NCBI GenBank assembly: GCA_964398505.1
Contig: CAYNMZ010000001.1
Location: forward strand, 394 to 64,393
DNA length: 64,000 nt
From: an uncultured Spirochaetia bacterium
GTDB taxonomy: Bacteria > Oederibacteriota > PGYV01 > CAYNMZ01
Direction of reading: 5' to 3'
The notes beneath the pieces were generated by a model. The model had not been told where the DNA came from, made no database searches, and saw only the letters and a program-made list of their open reading frames with translations. Shown one piece after another: positions 63,388 to 64,000 of the stretch. Made by a program: the position numbers and the translations under genes. Numbering within the stretch: position 1 is the stretch's first letter; each line of letters begins with the position of its first letter.

Positions 63388-64000
63388 ATGCAGATAAGGC
63401 GTTTTTTTACGAATAAAATTGCGGAAAATAAGGCTGTCATACGCGGCAATGACTATAACCATATAATCAATGTTTTAAGGCTGAAACAAGGCGATACTGT
63501 CAACGTGTTCAATTATGAGCACGGCGAATTCAGCGGAACAATAAGCGCTGTTGACGCTTTATCAAGGGAAGTCACTGTGACAGTAAGCGGCCTTGTAAGG
63601 GCTGTTGAGAAAAACACGGTAAAAATTTCCGCCGCCGTTGCCGTGATAAAAAACGAGAATATGGACCTTATAATGGAAAAGTTAACCGAAATAGGCGTGG
63701 ACAGAATTATTCCGGTTATTACAAGGCGCTGCGTTGTAAAGGCTGATGAGCCCGAAAAAAAGGCCGCAAGGTGGCAAAAGATAATATATTCAGCGGTAAA
63801 ACAGTGCGGCAGGCTGACTATGCCTGAACTTATGCCTCTTGTGCGTGGCGCAGAAGCGCTCGGAAAGTCGGAAACCAGGGGTACCCGATTGCTTTTATGG
63901 GAGAAAGAACAGGAAGTTTTCCTGATAGATGAGGCTGTTAAAGGCGCCGCTGAAAACAGCATTCTTTTTTTTGCCGGGCCGGAAGGCGGATTTGAGGACG
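63388..64000 (+). CDS. rsmE: 16S rRNA (uracil1498-N3)-methyltransferase RsmE, partial (runs off window end)
   Basis: MQIRRFFTNKIAENKAVIRGNDYNHIINVLRLKQGDTVNVFN...; PUA-like N-terminus and SPOUT core (LFFAGPEGGF at the end); not in the ORF track because it is open-ended. Confidence 0.8.
   Translation, partial: MQIRRFFTNKIAENKAVIRGNDYNHIINVLRLKQGDTVNVFNYEHGEFSGTISAVDALSREVTVTVSGLVRAVEKNTVKISAAVAVIKNENMDLIMEKLTEIGVDRIIPVITRRCVVKADEPEKKAARWQKIIYSAVKQCGRLTMPELMPLVRGAEALGKSETRGTRLLLWEKEQEVFLIDEAVKGAAENSILFFAGPEGGFED

Overview
This 64 kb window covers the chromosomal replication-origin neighbourhood of a bacterium with roughly 45-50% GC, standard genetic code and dense operons with overlapping start/stop codons.

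**Replication genes.** dnaA (33708..35057, -), dnaN and gyrA lie in one block. gyrB (22662..25307, -) is separated from gyrA by four other genes. recF sits about 30 kb away, after rsmG (16S methyltransferase). The window also has a Bacillus-type large SRP RNA upstream of dnaX-ybaB-recR, and dinB.

**Candidate oriC.** Degenerate DnaA boxes of the form TT(A/T)TC(A/C)ACA occur on both sides of dnaA. Upstream of dnaA there are also phased GGTAAT repeats and a perfect 16-bp inverted repeat.

**Inositol-glycolipid operon (most notable, about 750..6400).** It encodes a CDP-alcohol phosphatidyltransferase (likely phosphatidylinositol-phosphate synthase), myo-inositol-1-phosphate synthase (MIPS), two LpxL/HtrB/PatA-family acyltransferases and a PimA-like GT4 glycosyltransferase, followed by a PHP phosphoesterase. 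This resembles the mycobacterial acyl-PIM early pathway, yet the cell appears to be diderm (OmpA/TolB-like and beta-barrel proteins) with Firmicutes-like synteny.

**Housekeeping genes.** GTP-dependent PEP carboxykinase (pckG), a beta-carbonic anhydrase, an Hsp20, thiC-thiE, accB-accC, efp plus an M24 peptidase, purC and queA.

**cNMP signalling genes.** Two class III adenylate cyclases, a Crp/Fnr-family regulator and an HD-GYP protein.

**Other noted elements.**
- A B12-binding radical SAM gene paired with a GT-C membrane glycosyltransferase.
- Two copies of a perfect 20-bp palindrome immediately upstream of recF (candidate operator).
- A histidine-kinase-like protein, embedded between gyrA and gyrB, that lacks the phospho-acceptor His.
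- An ectopic DnaA-box triplet far from oriC.
- Several short tandem repeats in promoters and 5' UTRs.
- An in-frame TGA inside a TPR repeat of a lipoprotein gene.
- A frameshifted LacI-family pseudogene.

No CRISPR array, tRNA or recognisable transposon was seen.
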